A stretch of 42,474 nt of DNA from Welwitschia mirabilis. Taxonomy: Eukaryota. The stretch lies in NCBI GenBank assembly GCA_051453625.1, contig JBOZIK010000001.1, forward strand, positions 22,020,097-22,062,570, read 5' to 3'. The position numbers were made by a program, and so were the translations under genes. Of the stretch, positions 40,501-42,474 are shown in pieces. Position 1 is the first letter of the stretch, and each line of letters begins with the position of its first letter. Under the pieces are notes generated by a model that was not told the origin of the DNA, searched no databases, and saw only the letters and a list, made by a program, of their open reading frames with translations.

Positions 40501-41840
40501 CTTTATACATCTCTCGATGATTGTTCTTATATCTTAAACATTATAGAAGCAATTAACTTGAAAGATCCCCTTTGCAAGAAGGAGTATCTCCCCTTAGCCA
40601 TCTACTAAATTCTTTCTTAGCTTTATTCCTTGGTTTAAGTTATGAGACTACTTAATCATCTTTAACTTGATTTATTTTTGACTTTCATAGGTGTTACCAT
40701 GATTAAGTAATTCTTTACTTTGGGTTTTCATGTGATAAAGATTAGATTCAGCAAATATTAAGATATTCCAATATGTACAATTAGTCTTCTTGGTTATTTT
40801 ATGCCAAAATATCAATTCATTAATTTGATGCTTGTTTTCAGCCATATAATTTATTACTTCATCATTCCAATGACTAATCAATGCTTGCAAAAAGGGGATC
40901 TAAGATAATAAAAAAGAAAAAGAATGAAAAGCAAGAGGAAAATATGAAAAAAAAAGAAAAAGAAAATTGAATTACCCTCTTGTAATTATACCATGATGTA
41001 CTACTGCAAACATACCAAGGTAAATTTTCTTGAGCGGGGCCTTTACCAGTATGACATAGTAGCTGTGGAAACTTTACTAGAATATTAGTTGGCAATGGTT
41101 TATCTTTGGATTGTACGTCCTTATTCTCTTGAAAGTGGTTTCACTCCCCTCATCATAATGAATGGTATTATTCAACACCCCATTGACTAATAAATTCCAT
41201 CACTCTGAGGCACAAACTTCATAGGCATATGAGTATATTGATCAATGGATGATATTTTATCAAATTACTATGGTTGTCATAGCTGAAGATGGATTGAATT
41301 ATAGTCCAAACATAACTTGATACTTTGATAAGAATAACCATTAGATATTATCATCATCACTACCCTTTTAAATCATACTCTATGATGTTCTACATTAAGT
41401 TATGCATTTTTATATCAAATAGCTTTATAACCTTTACTAAAAAGTTTTGCTAAGTTTGAATTTTGTGCAAAAAAAAGTTAATCTTCTTCATGTACTATCT
41501 TGTCCATTTTCCTTTTTATTTTATCTTAGTTTATCAATTTACCTTTTGAAAGTCATTTTTCTTATCTTTTCCAAAATAATGCTTAGGACTTCATTAGTTT
41601 TTAGTCTAGTTGTTACATTTTTCATCACTCAATTACTATGCATAAAATCAAATTGATCTCTTCATTGATTCATTCTTTAGCATGATAGCATTAATGTTTT
41701 CCTTTCCTTAACCATCTTTCTTTCTTATCACTTCTCCTACCACTTATCCTTGCAATCATGAGATCTTACTCTAGCTTACCTTCTCTTCATGGTTTACATA
41801 ACTCGAGACAACTTTCTCATTTAGTTTTAAGGGGATATAT
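34592..41840 (+). mobile_element. Near full-length decayed Athila-like Ty3/gypsy internal region (gag-PR-RT-RH-INT plus 3' region)
   Basis: Gag: IFPFTLKEKAKNWLKT (~35734). Protease: KDLG...KALIDIGTSLNIMP (~37196). RT: DSEWVSP, IDFRKLN, FLDGYSGYNQ, MDDFS and FLGHARFYRRFIK. RNase H: FELMCNAS. Integrase: FDCWCIDFIDPF, LISD*GTHF, AYHP*INGQVE, WLGPY and KVNGQRLKLY (~40506). I could not fix the LTR outer boundaries. Confidence 0.92.
34595..34612 (+). other. Decayed Athila-type primer-binding site, just after the 5' LTR end (...ACAACA at 34591)
   Basis: TAATGCCATTGTCGGGGA differs from the Athila consensus TGGCGCCGTTGCCGGGGA only by G>A/C>T changes. It lies upstream of gag. Confidence 0.7.
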
Positions 41841-42136
41841 ACACATATATTACATGATTTCTAAGCCAAAGTTTTCTACCTACTTTTATATACATAAATA
41901 TATGCAATGATGATGAACTAATTCTTGATAATATACATTGATTTCACTTGTACTTTTTAATAGATTTGATGTATTTCACATGTTGTGCTCTTAATTTTGA
42001 TGATCTACATGTTTTGAGTTTATTTTTATTATTTGGNNNNNNNNNNNNNNNNNNNNNNNNNNNNNNNNNNNNNNNNNNNNNNNNNNNNNNNNNNNNNNNN
42101 NNNNNNNNNNNNNNNNNNNNNNNNNNNNNNNNNNNN

Positions 42137-42474
42137 TATACAGAATGGCCTTCATATTAGTTAGGAGAAGAGTTATTTTCTTGTAAGGGATGGGATTATA
42201 CTTGGTTACTACATTTTTTACAATGGTATTAGAATGGATCCTTCCAAGATAGACATCATCAAAAACCTCTCTCCTCTAATTAATGTTAAACGAATGAGAT
42301 TTTTTCTTGGCCATGTTAAATTCTTTAGAAGATTCATTAAGGACTATGCCAATATTTACAAACCCCTTCATTCTCTCCTTGAAAAAAATGCCAAGTTTGA
42401 TTGGAGTAAGGATTGTCAAAATGCCTTTGAAAATCTTAAGGACAAAATCACTTTCGAACCCATTGTAGGAGGAC
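42137..42474 (+). mobile_element. Second copy of the same Athila-like RT/RNase H linker segment
   Basis: Colinear with ~38618-38945. Examples are TGGCCTTCATMTTAG, AGAAGATTCATTAAG, TTTGATTGGAGT, TTTGAAAATCTTAAG and CCCATTGTAGGAG. Confidence 0.9.

Overview
Land-plant nuclear DNA from a draft assembly with four N gaps. It is AT-rich and mostly made of decayed transposons. The only host gene I can support is exon 1 of a CAAX prenyl protease 2 (RCE1/FACE2-like) gene on the minus strand (8721-8482). Its first intron appears to run off the left edge of the window (>8.4 kb) and holds Copia fragments, a 115-bp solo LTR with a perfect target-site duplication, a gag-like remnant and probably a LINE ORF1 remnant. 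Upstream of the gene, in order, lie: an unexplained ~1.1-kb tandem duplication; a decayed Copia gag-pol; a decayed Athila-like Ty3/gypsy element interrupted by a tRNA-derived SINE and by two copies of a ~1.3-kb repeat that look like 3' ends of a non-L1 LINE; a near full-length decayed L1-type LINE; and a second, near full-length Athila-like element with a possible spliced extra ORF. Intergenic elements carry many C>T/G>A changes, including CAA/CAG/TGG to stop. All calls come from manual translation and motif recall, with no database searches. I found no well-supported novel multi-gene system. The best leads are the uncharacterised repeats and the mutation pattern.
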